DNA of 64,000 bases, from NCBI GenBank assembly GCA_963924565.1, contig OZ004607.1, forward strand, positions 15,934,001 to 15,998,000, written 5' to 3'. Below the pieces are notes generated by a model. That model did no database searches, was not told the origin of the DNA, and was given only the letters and a program-made list of their open reading frames with translations. A program made the position numbers and the translations under genes. Below are positions 49,795 through 61,949 of the stretch, piece by piece. Source of the DNA: Ascidiella aspersa. Taxonomy: Eukaryota. Positions within the stretch are counted from its first letter, which is position 1. Each line of letters starts with the position of its first letter.

Positions 49795-52606
49795 ATGTCT
49801 TATCTTAAGTCACCACATTACGCCATGAACGGTCTCGGATTGGGACATGATATGAATCTTTTGCACCCAACCGTTACTTATCCTGGTAAGGCTGCTGTTT
49901 GATATATTTAGACTACAACAAAGATTTTTTTTAATAGTTTAACGTATTATATATTTCAATTGTGACTGTGTTAGTATAGTAGTTAAAAAAAATCTAACTA
50001 AATTTTTTTTTTGTTTTTCTTTTTTTTTGCTGCTTCAAAATGATCATCACAATCAACTTTATAAACATCAGGAGATTCGGCAGCTTGCTATTTTCAACGT
50101 AAGTTTGTTAAATTGTGTAACAACTGTGTTTACTTTTAATATAAATTTCATTGTAAAAAAATAAAATTTGAGATTATTTAAATTATAAACATATAGTTAA
50201 ATGGAAATGTTTTATAGGAATCCAAGGAATGCACCAAGGAGCGAAAAATATGCAGTTTGGAGCTCCACCAGTTTACAGTAAGTGTGTGTTAAACAGTTGT
50301 CAGCTAATAAAAAACATTAAACGTTATCTGAATATTTTTTAAATAAATTATTAAAGATTATTTTTACTGAAAACAGTACTCTTGTCTTAGCAAAGCATTG
50401 TGATTTCGACAAGTTATTTGTATTGTTTGAGCAAAGCAACAAGTGCAAGCAATGGTATCCTCCCGCAGGTACAACTCGCAAACAGCGCAGGGAGAGAACA
50501 ACATTCACCCGAGCGCAGCTGGACATCCTTGAAGCATTGTTTGGCAAGACCAGATATCCGGACATCTTCATGCGGGAGGAAGTGGCGTTAAAAATAAACC
50601 TACCAGAATCTCGAGTGCAGGTGAGCCGATGTTTCTGCTTTCATCACCTTTCCTGTCACCTTGTTCTTGTAAATATAAAGACAGGGTTCCGGATAACCAT
50701 GATTACTAAAGTATTCCAATAAAAAACACGATAAAGCAGTAATTCATTGAATTATTCGTTTGTCAAACCTAAAAAAAGATTTACGAAATTTTTAAGGCGA
50801 TGTTTAACACCCTTTACTTATAAATCGAATGTTTTGAGCTCAAATTCTTGTGCTTTACTTTTCTCGGAGTTGTATGTATATGGGAACATGTGGGTCGAAG
50901 AACGATTATTCCACTTACGTTGCGGATTATCCGTGCACCGAATAATATGTTTATCCCCGCTGCGTAATACCCTTTCACTGCTGCACGTCACTCACAGTCG
51001 CATGCATTCGCACGTCGCCCTACCCCGTTTCTCTGCGCTGCGACGCCGGGCGTTCATTGTTCAGTCAAGGCCGCGTGTGCGAATTGGCGAACTGCGGGAT
51101 TGGCGCACAGAAAATCCAAAATGGGGGAAAGCTGTATCAGCATGAGCGTGATTAATTTACAGTGGCGTTCGCGTTGCAGACTGTGGGAAAACTTGAATAC
51201 CAGCGAGTTATTAAATACTTGCCGTTCATACCCCATGGCGCTATATCAGCCTACTGCCCATGTTTGTGTTTCCCACGTTGTGCATTAAAGCGAAGGCCTA
51301 AAAATATTAAAACTCTTAAGTGAAATACCCTAATTAAAAGTAAAACGGGCTAGGTTTTTGACACTATAAGACAGTGGTTCTCAACCGGGGTGCCGCGGCA
51401 CTCTAGGGTGCCATTTTTTACGCTCAAGGGTGACGAGAAATATTTCAAAATCTTTGGGATTCCATTTTTTTCTCTATTAGTGAGCTTCTTGTTTTTAATC
51501 TCATTTATTGTAACGTTTTAATCTTTAGTTAATCAATTCAGCAAAAATACGAGCAAGGGTGCCGCGAACTATCGGTTAGGTGCCGCAAGCCAAAAAAGGT
51601 TGCGACACAGTGCAATCACACCAATGTTTTGATTTCCCAGGTTTGGTTCAAAAACCGCCGCGCAAAATGCAGACAACAAGTGCAACAACAACAACAAAAG
51701 CAAAAATCGACCAGCAGCGGCAGTAGCAACAGCAATACCAACAGCAGCGGAAGTAGCAGCTTGACGGCAACAAGTACAAACAGCAACAACAATAACAAAA
51801 AGAAAAGCCCCCCAACAACTCCAACCCCAACAAGCAATGGGCCAGCCGCCAGCACATCGCCGTTTCAATCTGCCCAGCAACAACCAACCCAAGCGCCCAT
51901 ACAGCCAAACCATTTGTCTCTGCCTCAAGCACATTCCTCGTCACCAGTTCCTGACTCACCAGCGTCGTCTAGTGGACAGTCCGTGCCCTCTGTTTCATCA
52001 TCTGCTATGATCAACGGTAGTGGATCGACCGTTGCAACACATCAGCAAAGTATGCATGGCCACAGCGGCGGAAATATAGTACAGAACAACAACTCTGGAA
52101 ATATTTGGAGCCCGGCTTCAGTTTCTCCAGGAGCAAGCAGTGACGGTGCGGGTCATGTTGGAGCGATCGGAGGATACGCAGGTGCGCCATCTACAAGCAG
52201 CTCGCCATACATGGCTGCATCAGCTGCCGTTGCCAATGCTACACACTCTCCTTATGCATCGTCCAGCAACGCCCAAGCGGCGGCAGGTGGTTATCACGCG
52301 CAGAACTACCCTTCCTCTCACTCTTACTTCGGCTCTATGGAGACCTACTTGCCGTCGATGCCCTTCCACGCAGGTGGATATGCCAGTGGGATGAGCGACA
52401 TGTCTATGGTCGGACAACAAAATACGCACCACGTCGCTCACCACGCTGCCTCAATGCAACCGCACGGTGCCGCTCATCACCAATTCATATCACAGCCGTA
52501 CCCGTACCACGCGAGCGGCGCAGGTGCCATCAATTCTTATTCGTCAGTGTCTGATTGTATTGACTACAAGGATCAAACCCAGGGATGGAAATTCCAAGTT
52601 TTGTAA
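49795..52606 (+). CDS. Otx: Orthodenticle homeobox protein Otx
   Basis: Exons 49795-49885 ([30 protein letters not shown]), 50072-50098, 50218-50277, 50469-50620 ([48 protein letters not shown]) and 51641-52606 ([13 protein letters not shown] with K50; IWSPAS motif; C-terminal tail [17 protein letters not shown]). Confidence 0.98.
51372..51612. mobile_element. Decayed hAT MITE in the Otx homeobox intron
   Basis: Starts CAGTGGTTCTCAACC and ends GGTTGCGACACAGTG; GGGTGCCGC subterminal repeats; TSD not recognisable. Confidence 0.75.
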
Positions 52607-54420
52607 AGTCAGGAAATGTGACGTAAAATTGCAATGAGATTCACTGAACAAGTCAAAGAATCGCGCGACAGAGTGTGTGCGCGAAACGGTGTCAGCTGCA
52701 AGTGATATGGCGCGATGTTTGGGAATTCCGGTAATCCCAACTTGCGCAAACTTCAATAAATCGTAAAATAAACAAAAATTAACCAAACTATAAGACGAGG
52801 TGCTCTGAATTAAATACAGACGGGAAGTAACGTCAAGTCAACATTGTTTCATAATATACCCCTCTGCTTTATCATGTTTTTGTTGTTGTCCGTTTTTGTA
52901 ATTCTCCCCTTGTGCGCTCTTTTCTTTTAATTAGTGATATTTAACATATTTACCATTGTTGATTTCTGTGCAAACTTATTTCGGAATTTTTGTGCTCTTT
53001 TTCTTCGAAATTTTAGTACTGTATCAGCTGATTTTTGAAAAGAAAATGCTGCTTTTTAGTTTTGTACTGCTATTTCAATATTTGATTTAAAATATGACCC
53101 CGATTTACCCACCCACATACAAATGGTCGCTGGTAATATTTATATTCAGCTATAGTCATTTTATTTGGATTACTAACTATCACTCTATTAGCTTTTTATT
53201 GATTACTTGACCTCGATGAACTGATTAAAGCGTAACGATAGGCTATATAGCAACCTAACGTGTATGTTGAAGGAAATTGTATTGCTCTTCGTGTCCTTAA
53301 AGCTTTTTTGTGCTCATATAACATATTTGACATTTTTTCCCTGATTTTGTGTTTGTTGAACTGTTAATTTTTGTCCTCGCATAAAGACGATTAAGGCGCA
53401 CTTTCTCAAACTTTGGGTTACAAGTATTAAAGAGTTCGCTGTACAAATCAGTTTATGTGCAATAAAGATTCATGCTTACTAGAAGACAAACAAATCCCAA
53501 AAACCATTGTACGCACAATATAAGTACTATTAAAAGATTTAAATTTTAAAATATAATGTCTTTGGTAAAACAGCAGTGTTGTGAACGTTCAAAATAACGT
53601 GTAAGTTTGTTTTTTTCAATAAATTACACATCTTTATGACTTTTGTTATTTTTTTGATAAATATGACTTGCAGAAAACCAGAATTAAAACCCATGAGCAT
53701 TGGGCAGGTTACCGGTACCACATTTGCCAAGACCAAAGAATAAGCACGCTACTGATAACTCGGGCGGATCCACGATTTTTTAAGGGGCATCCACAAATAC
53801 AAATAATCCTAAAAACACGTGTTGTTCTCTGCGCTCTTAATTACGCAAAGAGCTGAAAATTCCGTTTATTTAGTTGATTGGGCAAAACTTTGTTTTTAAA
53901 ATGAGACGTGACGCCATCGGACAGGGTTCACCCAATTTTTTTTTGTACTTTTGAATATGTGGCGGTGTGCGATTTTAAGGGTATATTGGCATTTTTTAAA
54001 ACTTCTTACAATGCTTTCTCATAATCCATATAGTTGTAAATACTGTTTAATGAGCTGAGCTGAAAAAGCCCCCCAAAATAGTTCAAAAAATAAGAGCCTT
54101 TTACCATTTTAATAACTTCAATGAAAACAAACAGCACAGCTTAACATTGCCAATGTGAGCTCTTAACACCCACTCGCGCGAGTTTTTTGTTGAGGAATAA
54201 AACATCCTATATAATATGCTATTTCCTACCGCTATGTTGGAGTATAAAAAAGTTTTACTGGTTTCTCGTGAAAATAAGCTGATGATGAGAAAATCACTGA
54301 AGCGATTCAGGGGAATCCCTTTGTGGTGAAAACTTTGTTGCTGCAAATTGCCATAAAATTGCTTGTTTGTTAATGCAGAAACAGTTTTGCTGCTAGCGCT
54401 GTTTACGATTACGCAACCGG

Positions 54421-57400
54421 ATGATGGAAACTGAAGTGAAAAACGTAGGTGTTTGTTCTAAGATAAGGGAAATTAGCTAGTTAATTTGCACATTTCTTGA
54501 TGTAGTTTTGAGATTTGTATGTACTTCGTAAATGATAAATTATAAGACAAAAAAAAAGCTAAAACCATCCGCCGATCACCATGACAGGTTTATAGCGGTT
54601 ATGCCAAAATGTTTAAGTTACACTGTACAAACCAATAATATAAAGACATTTATTATATTATAGATTGGTAGCAATACTTTCGCACCCTAACCCAAACAAT
54701 ATGCATTGTGGTATGCGGTATTATTATCATTTTTTTTTGCATAAGTTTTCACGTACAATAGTGAAAGAGCGGCTAAACTTTAAGCCCGTTTGGAAAGTAT
54801 GACAATCACAAGGATGTCTAATAGGTACATAACTTAAAAAACAGGATAATTGGGCACACCAAATCTCAACACTGGTATCCTGCCTGCTAATCTAATCACA
54901 AATATAGGTGCATTTTCTAACTTTTTTTGTAGCAAGTTTGTCTACTAAAAATTACAACTGCACTTTTTATAAATGGACCATCAGTGTTACACGAAAATTA
55001 TCAGTATGTGATCTTGGAAACTGTTTGTAATAGGCTTGTTGGCCTTGAATGCACCATTTTCGAATATATATACATTTTAATTTAGAAAAGTATAACCTAC
55101 CGGTAAAATATTTAAATCATGTTATACTGTGGAATATCCCCTTTACTATTTAGTTGTTTGTGCAAACAGGATGCTTTCCCCTCTAGGATGTGCCCACTTT
55201 ATGGCTGTGACAATATTCCGGGCATCACATCTATTTAAAGAACATTCAGCCCGGCTATCTCAAAGACTAGAGTATTTTGTCCTTTAAAACATTTTATTCA
55301 AATGAATAATCATTTAATTTACCAATATTTTTATACCCAAAACCTTTGTTTAGATTTTTAACTTCAAACAATTCCTAAATTTTTCTGCTGCAATGGAAAC
55401 TAACATCAACGATTTAATTATTGCAAGTGCCAACCTTTATTTTAATGTTTGTAATGCCAAAATAAGTAAAGAAATTTTATACCGTAAAAATCCCCACCCA
55501 TTTCAAAAAAGTAGCAGACATTTAAAAAAAAAGTTTCAGCCTGGTATTCCTAAAAAAAGGTTTTATAACTTTTAATAATCTTTATACCTATTTAAAAGTT
55601 ATGGTATGTTCACTCATATTTCTAAATAGTTTATAGGTTATTAACAAATTTAACTATGAAGCAATTAGTGCATATAAGTATGTAACAATTTTTATTACTA
55701 AGCAGAAACAGAAGATATTCATATGCTTGAAACCCATAAAATACTAGAATAATTTTTTGGTATTTTGTTTTAGTATTATTGACTTAGTTTACATTGTATA
55801 AATTAATGTTTGTTGCTGCTGAGACAAAAAATTAACCAAAAAAATAGCAAGCATAATTGTAAGATTTTATAATGCTATTTAAAAGCTTGCAATATAGTGT
55901 CCAGTAATCCCCTATTATAAGGGAGTAGAAATATGTTTGAGGTTATAAAATTGAAAGTTAAGTATTGTAATACAACAAAGGATTTGCGCCTTGGTGCATT
56001 TATTTATCAAATGCTCCTTTAGTTGCTCATGTGTGGTTTGTTAAATAACATATATTTTTGTTGGTGTGCTGCCATTTTTTAAGATCAGTTAGCGTGCAGC
56101 ATGTCAAAAAATGGTTACTGCTTAATGTGCAACCCCTTTATTTTTGTTTTCCCTTTAATAGTACTAAATGTGATTGTTGTTTTAGGATGGACAAAAGCAG
56201 ATTATTGTTGGTATCTGTGCAATGGCAAAGAAGACCAAGTCTAAACCTATGCAGGAAATTCTGAATCGACTACACATGTTTGAATATATATCAATAGATG
56301 TATTTGATGAAGATATAATTCTAGATAAGCCTGTCACAGAATGGCCTCTTTGTGATTGTTTAATTTCATTTCAGTCTACAGGTAAGAAAAAACATTTATT
56401 ATTTTTTATACTGGGTTAATTGTCTCTCGTCAGGATATTTGTGCAAAGCTTGTGCAAATTGTTTTCTTTTATTTAAATGATGTTGTATTTAGGTTTTCCA
56501 CTGGGAAAAGCTGTTGAATACACAAAACTGCGTCAACCATTTCTAATAAATGACCTTGAAGAACAATTTCACTTACAAGATAGGCGAATAGTGTATAAAA
56601 CTCTACAGCAACATGGTATTGAAACACCAAGATATGCTGTCTGTGATCGAAGCACAGGAAAAGGTTTTAAATATTATTATTGTTGTTGTTAGTGACATAT
56701 TTAATCCAAAAAACGGAAACTTTTTTAGAATGCCATTTTGAGGAGTATGAAGATCACATTGTTGTTGGTAATGAAGTTTTTCATAAACCGTTTGTTGAAA
56801 AGCCTGTTGATGCTGAAAATCATAATATCAACATTTATTATCCTTCTTCTGCTGGTGGAGGATGTCAAAAACTCTTCAGAAAAGTATGCATTTAAATTTT
56901 GGCGGACATCTATTATACCAAGGCGTACTTAAACTTTTGACATTGGGTTCTTAGGAAATTTAATTTTCCAGATGTCTTTTCAGATTGGAAATCGTAGCAG
57001 TCAGTATTCAACGCAAAGTTGTGTTAGAAGGACTGGCTCTTACCTTTATGAGGACTTTATGCCAACTGATGGAACTGATGTAAAGGTTAGCAAACAATGA
57101 ATAGCTCATTTTATGAAACATATTCCTAAATTGAAGTTTTATGCTAATGACTGTTTAAAAAAACTTTATTTTAATTATAGTTCAACGGGATGTTTAAAGA
57201 ACAATATTTAGATTAAAATTAAAATCGGATTAAAAAAAACAAAACAAATGTTTTTTTACTTAAAAATGTAACTATTTTTTACACTAAGTTTAACAAAAAT
57301 GATTGTTTCTAAAAACAGGGCCAAGATATATATCTTAAAACTATTTTTTTATTATTTTAACATCCAGGTATACACTGTTGGTGCAGATTATGCACATGCA

Positions 57401-60400
57401 GAAGCACGGAAGTCGCCAGCTCTTGACGGTAAAGTAGAAAGAGACAGTGATGGTAAAGAAGTGAGATTTCCAGTGATCCTTTCAGCAAAGGAGAAGTTAA
57501 TTGCTAGACAAGTTTGCCTTGCATTTAAGGTGTGCAATGTTCCTCATGATTTTCCCTTAATTATTTTTTTCTTTTTTGAAGTTTAAATTTTGTATTTGCA
57601 GCAAACTGTTTGTGGATTTGATTTTTTGAGAGCACATGGAAAGTCTTTTGTATGTGATGTTAATGGATTTAGCTTTGTTAAGAATTCCATGAAATATTAT
57701 GATGACTGTGCTAAAGTTTTAGGGTGAGAACCATTTTTTTCGCTTAGATTAGTGGTTCCCAACCAGTTTAGTTCTGTTTACCCATCTAGTCGATATTCAA
57801 ATCTAATTCCCCCTACGAATTTGTTTTGCTAAATATCGTTAACATTAATATTTTCATGTAATTCTTAGAACAGAACTTAAACCCTCGATTATAAGCTGTA
57901 AAGCCTCTATACAAGAACTTTATTTTTCTAACATAGCACATAGCACAGATCCCCCCCCCCTTCGTTGGGAACCACTGCCTTAGAGCACCCGACAAAGATT
58001 ATGAAAGTTTTACACAAGTTATTTTGAGTCTAACTATTACATTTGTTGTGCAGAAATATTATCATGAGAGACTTGGCACCTCAATTTTTAATTCCTTGGC
58101 AAATTTCATCAGATACTGAAGACATTCCAATTGTCCCAACAACTTCAGGAACTATGTAAAAATCATGCATACCAATATATTTTATCAGGATTTGATCAAA
58201 ATGAGTTTTCTTGTTTAACATTTTTAGGATGGAATTGAGGTGTGTAATTGCTGTTATTCGCCATGGTGACCGTACGCCAAAACAAAAAATGAAAATGGAA
58301 GTAAGGCATCAAAAGTAAGAAAGCATTTTTATTTACATGTTTTGTCATCTATAGGTGTTATGTTGATTGTAGTCTTTATTCAATTTTATGTTTTTTAGGA
58401 GAAATTAACCCTACTGTTTTATATTCTTAGCCTATATACTGTAGTGAATATATGTAGATAAAAAAGTGAAAAACAAGCTTATACAGCAAGGGTGGCCAAA
58501 ACCACAGAAAGGTCTTTGCAAGCCGAACTGTATAGACTTTACACATCTTGTTATAACAACCACCACTACTGTTAATTAGGGATAACTCTAGGACTAGGGT
58601 TTCTGAGCCTGCATAGCTCAGTTGGTAGAGCGACGGTCCCGGCTTGACCGGAGGTCGTGAGTTCGAACCTCACTGCAGGCTAGTTGTTTTTCTAGTCTGC
58701 TCTGCTTGCATCATAGATCAACAGATTCGGTGAGTCTGCGATGGCTTTCGGTGTACTAATTATACGTAAGCCGTAGTCGTTGGTCAAAAAGCAGCTTCGA
58801 AGGGCTAGATCTCAGTTATTAACACACATATGTGTGAATGTTTCATTGAATAAATGATATGGTACTGTGGATCCCCTTCTATGAGGTTGCTTGTACTAAC
58901 AGATTGAGCAAGCATTGGCGCATGGTTGTTTTCTCGACTTGCTCCCTTCTGAGCCTGCATAGCTCAGTTGGTAGAGCGACGGTCCCGGCTTGACCGGAGG
59001 TCGTGAGTTCGAAACTCACTGCAGGCTAGTTGTTTTTCTAGTCTGCTCTGCTTGCATCATAGATCAACAGATTCGGTGAGTCTGCGATGGCTTGCATTGT
59101 ACTAATTATACGTAAGCCGTAGTCGTTGGTCAAAAAGCAGCTTCGAAGGGCTAGATCTCAGTTATTAACACACATATGTGTTAATGTTTCATTGAATATG
59201 ACTAGGGTATGCTATTTTTCAGGGGTCTAACTACTTGTACCTTCGTTGCAGGAACAAGATTTTCACAAAGCAGCAAATAATTTGCTTTTACTTAGTTGAA
59301 GAGGCCAGAAAATATGAAATGGCCTTGTGCCCAGTTTGCAAAATAGGTCACAGGCCGCATGATTTGCATTGGCGGACTGGATCTGGCCCACGGGCCGTTT
59401 GTTGCCCACCTCTGTTTAACAGTATAATTGAATATTGTGTCGCTAAACTTAAATATCAATATTTTTATTTTTAGGTTTTTCGATCTTTTCACAAAATACA
59501 ATGGTCATAAAACTGGAAAATTAAAGTTAAAACGTCCCAAACAGCTGCAGGAGGTTTTGGATGTGGCAAGATGTCTACTTGCTGAACCTGAAACCATTGT
59601 TCAAGAGAAACTACACAAACTTGAGCAACTGAAAAATGTTTTGGAAATGTAAATAAATGATTTTTTTGGTTTGTCTATCCTTTGTTAAACTATCCACACC
59701 CGGGGCATCAGACATGCTGCCGTGCATGACCATTTCAGGCGGCTTTTTTTTAAACCGCTTAAGTTTTTTGCAAGTCTTGTGCAAATGAAGCTGTTTCAGT
59801 TTTAGGCTGGTATTCTGTAAAATGTGTGAAAAATTTTCAACACGCCAATACTTAAATTTGGCAATTTAAACCTAAATGTTTTCTATAAACTTGGTTAGTT
59901 GGCCTGTTGTAGATTGAGGAATTAGGTCTAAACAAGGTGCCCCATTGCCGCCATTCACACACATGTGGCCAGCCAAAAAAGTGTTCACAGCATGTTACTG
60001 TCTACCACCCAGCTAAGAGAAGAAGAAGAAGATTGAATATGTATGCTTATCTATTGTAAATTAAGCGTAGGGCAGATGAATAAATTTAATTGATTGAAAA
60101 ACGATTTTTTTTCTACATTCTGTTGTTGCAGCCAGCTCACATATTCAAATGACTTCATGTGTTAGTAAGAATTAAGTTTGACACCCCTATTCTACATAAC
60201 TGTGTTGTATAGCTGTTAAGATTTTATAGATACATATTGTCTATTTCATAAATGTAGGTATGGCCATTTTTCTGGAATAAATCGAAAAGTTCAATTCAAA
60301 TACATGTCATCTCGCAATATGACATCAAGTTCAGAAGATGGTGAGTGTACTAATATTTAAAAGGAAATAAGTATTATACTGTTTTATAGCAACTAATTTC

Positions 60401-60714
60401 AGTAAGATATAACATTAACTAAATAACTTTTATAATAATATAAAAACAGCATTTCCTTGCTTGATATTTGTTTTTTTAAAAACAACATATGTTAAAAAAA
60501 CATACTTGATTAATTAAGTAGAAACTGGTGTAAAAGAAAAATATTTATTTTATTTTAGCGTTGAATATTTATTTTTAAATTTAAGATTTGCAATCATACA
60601 CTGGACCCTCTCTACTTTTAATATTGAAGTGGGGAGGGGAACTTACACCTGCTGGTAGAAAACAAGCTGAGGAGCTGGGTCAAGCTTTTCGCTGCATGTA
60701 TCCTGGTGGTCAAG
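54421..60714 (+). CDS. PPIP5K: Diphosphoinositol-pentakisphosphate kinase PPIP5K/VIP, 5' part; gene continues beyond the window
   Basis: Exons: probable first exon 54421-54444 (MMETEVKN, less certain), then 56186-56381, 56493-56663, 56729-56883, 56984-57085, 57368-57529, 57602-57723, 58054-58155, 58228-58314, 59475-59648, 60258-60340 and 60586-60714. Motifs include [73 protein letters not shown], the phosphatase motif [10 protein letters not shown], and [10 protein letters not shown]. Confidence 0.96.
57750..57977. mobile_element. hAT MITE
   Basis: TAGTGGTTCCCAAC / GTTGGGAACCACTG; flanks GCTTAGAT / CCTTAGAG. Confidence 0.8.
58601..59199 (+). mobile_element. tRNA-derived (SINE-like) repeat inserted as a 1.7-mer of a 346-bp unit
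   Basis: Unit 1 is 58601-58946 and unit 2 is 58947-59199 (3'-truncated); they are nearly identical. The whole array is flanked by the 9-bp direct repeat GACTAGGGT. Confidence 0.88.
58607..58680 (+). ncRNA. tRNA-like cloverleaf with Pol III A/B boxes (non-canonical anticodon arm); second copy at 58953-59026
   Basis: Acceptor stem GCCTGCA/TGCAGGC, D stem GCTC/GAGC, T arm GTGAG-TTCGAAC-CTCAC, and stem CGGTC/GACCG with loop CCGGCTT. TTTTT follows at 58687-58691. Confidence 0.7.
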
Positions 60715-61949
60715 GTAAATATAGTTTTTTGCGATGCCAGAAATTTTCTGTTCTAATGTTACTTAATGCAAACAGTCTGATTGTATTTGGAAAAAAGGCA
60801 GTTTTCTATTCTGTGCTTCACAAGCCAAGCCAACATTTTTTGACAATGTAGAGCTATATATTCGTTAATTTAGGAAATTTAACATTCCAATTTTATTCTG
60901 CTTTGTGTTAAGGTTTAATTTAGTTTTACATGTTTTTAAGTATATATTTACTTACCATGTATATATGTCCACCGAATTTAACAAGCAATTTTTCAATTAC
61001 TTACAAAAAAAAATGTTTTCATTAACTTTTGTACAGATCCTTAACATCGGTGCCCATAATATGGTTTTCATTGAATTTTTTAATCACATTTCAATACCAC
61101 TATACTTCTTGATATCATTTTTTATACTCAAAATGCAGTAAAGCATTGACTCAGGGTCAGCCATTAAAAAATTGTGATTCACAGTAAGAAATGTTACGAG
61201 GAGTAAGTAATGTAGTTTAAGTATAAAAGTTGGATACTGTTATCACTGGTTTTATTCCTTATTTATAAATGCCTTTCTAACAGCATTATGTGTGCAAATA
61301 AGTTCAGATATGCCAATAAAAAATGTGAATACCGATCTTCAAACATTTAAGTTTAGCAACTAAAAACACTGCCTGAGTGTTTGATAGACTACCAAATCCC
61401 AAAAGATTGCAAGTATAACTGCAGCTGTTAGTTAGGAAAATAAAACAAGCATTACCATAACAGCCACACCCTGCCTCGACTTGAAAAGTGTGGCACCTAA
61501 TTTTATCAGTTTTTATTCTTATTACACCAATAGTTATACTTACAATTTTGTTGTCTTCTTTCTTTTGATTGTGTTGCAACTTTTTGTAGTACTTGAGACA
61601 ATTGAGTAGTTTAACTATTTGCGATCTCTCCCACTATTAATGCAATATGGGTAAATTTCATTTGCTCATGCAAAACAAAAGTTTATTCTTTTTAAAAATA
61701 GTTCAAATGTTGATAATTATGTGTCCGTTTGTTTAAGATCAGGTAAAACATTTAAAAAAAATTATCTCTTTTCTAGCAACTTTTTTAGAAACAGAACATG
61801 CAATACCCCAAAATTGTTACCATTTACAGAGATAATCCAGAACTTTGTTTTCCAAAATATTTTTAGTTAAATATTTACCTTCTAATTTATATAATATAAA
61901 CTGCTGCTACCAGGCATAATAACAATAACCAAAACTGCTCCTCTGGTAA

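Larger units (their letters stand above)
58487..59414. mobile_element. Decayed hAT MITE hosting the tRNA-like tandem insertion
   Basis: CAAGGGTGGCCAA / TTGCCCACCTCTG termini; flanks TTATACAG / TTTAACAG. Confidence 0.6.

Noticed and set aside
50423-50468. [16 protein letters not shown] as the true Otx N-terminus
   Set aside because: The ORF starts at TTG and there is a good acceptor (CCCGCAG) at 50468. The conserved MSYLK start is at 49795.
51680-51810. CAA/AGC-rich repeats as a microsatellite or array
   Set aside because: These are coding low-complexity poly-Q/S/N tracts of Otx.
58607-59026. Two genuine tRNA-Ala(GGC) genes
   Set aside because: The anticodon loop lacks U33 and purine 37, spacing around the anticodon stem is irregular, GGC is atypical for eukaryotic Ala tRNAs, and the unit is embedded in a repeat with a TSD.
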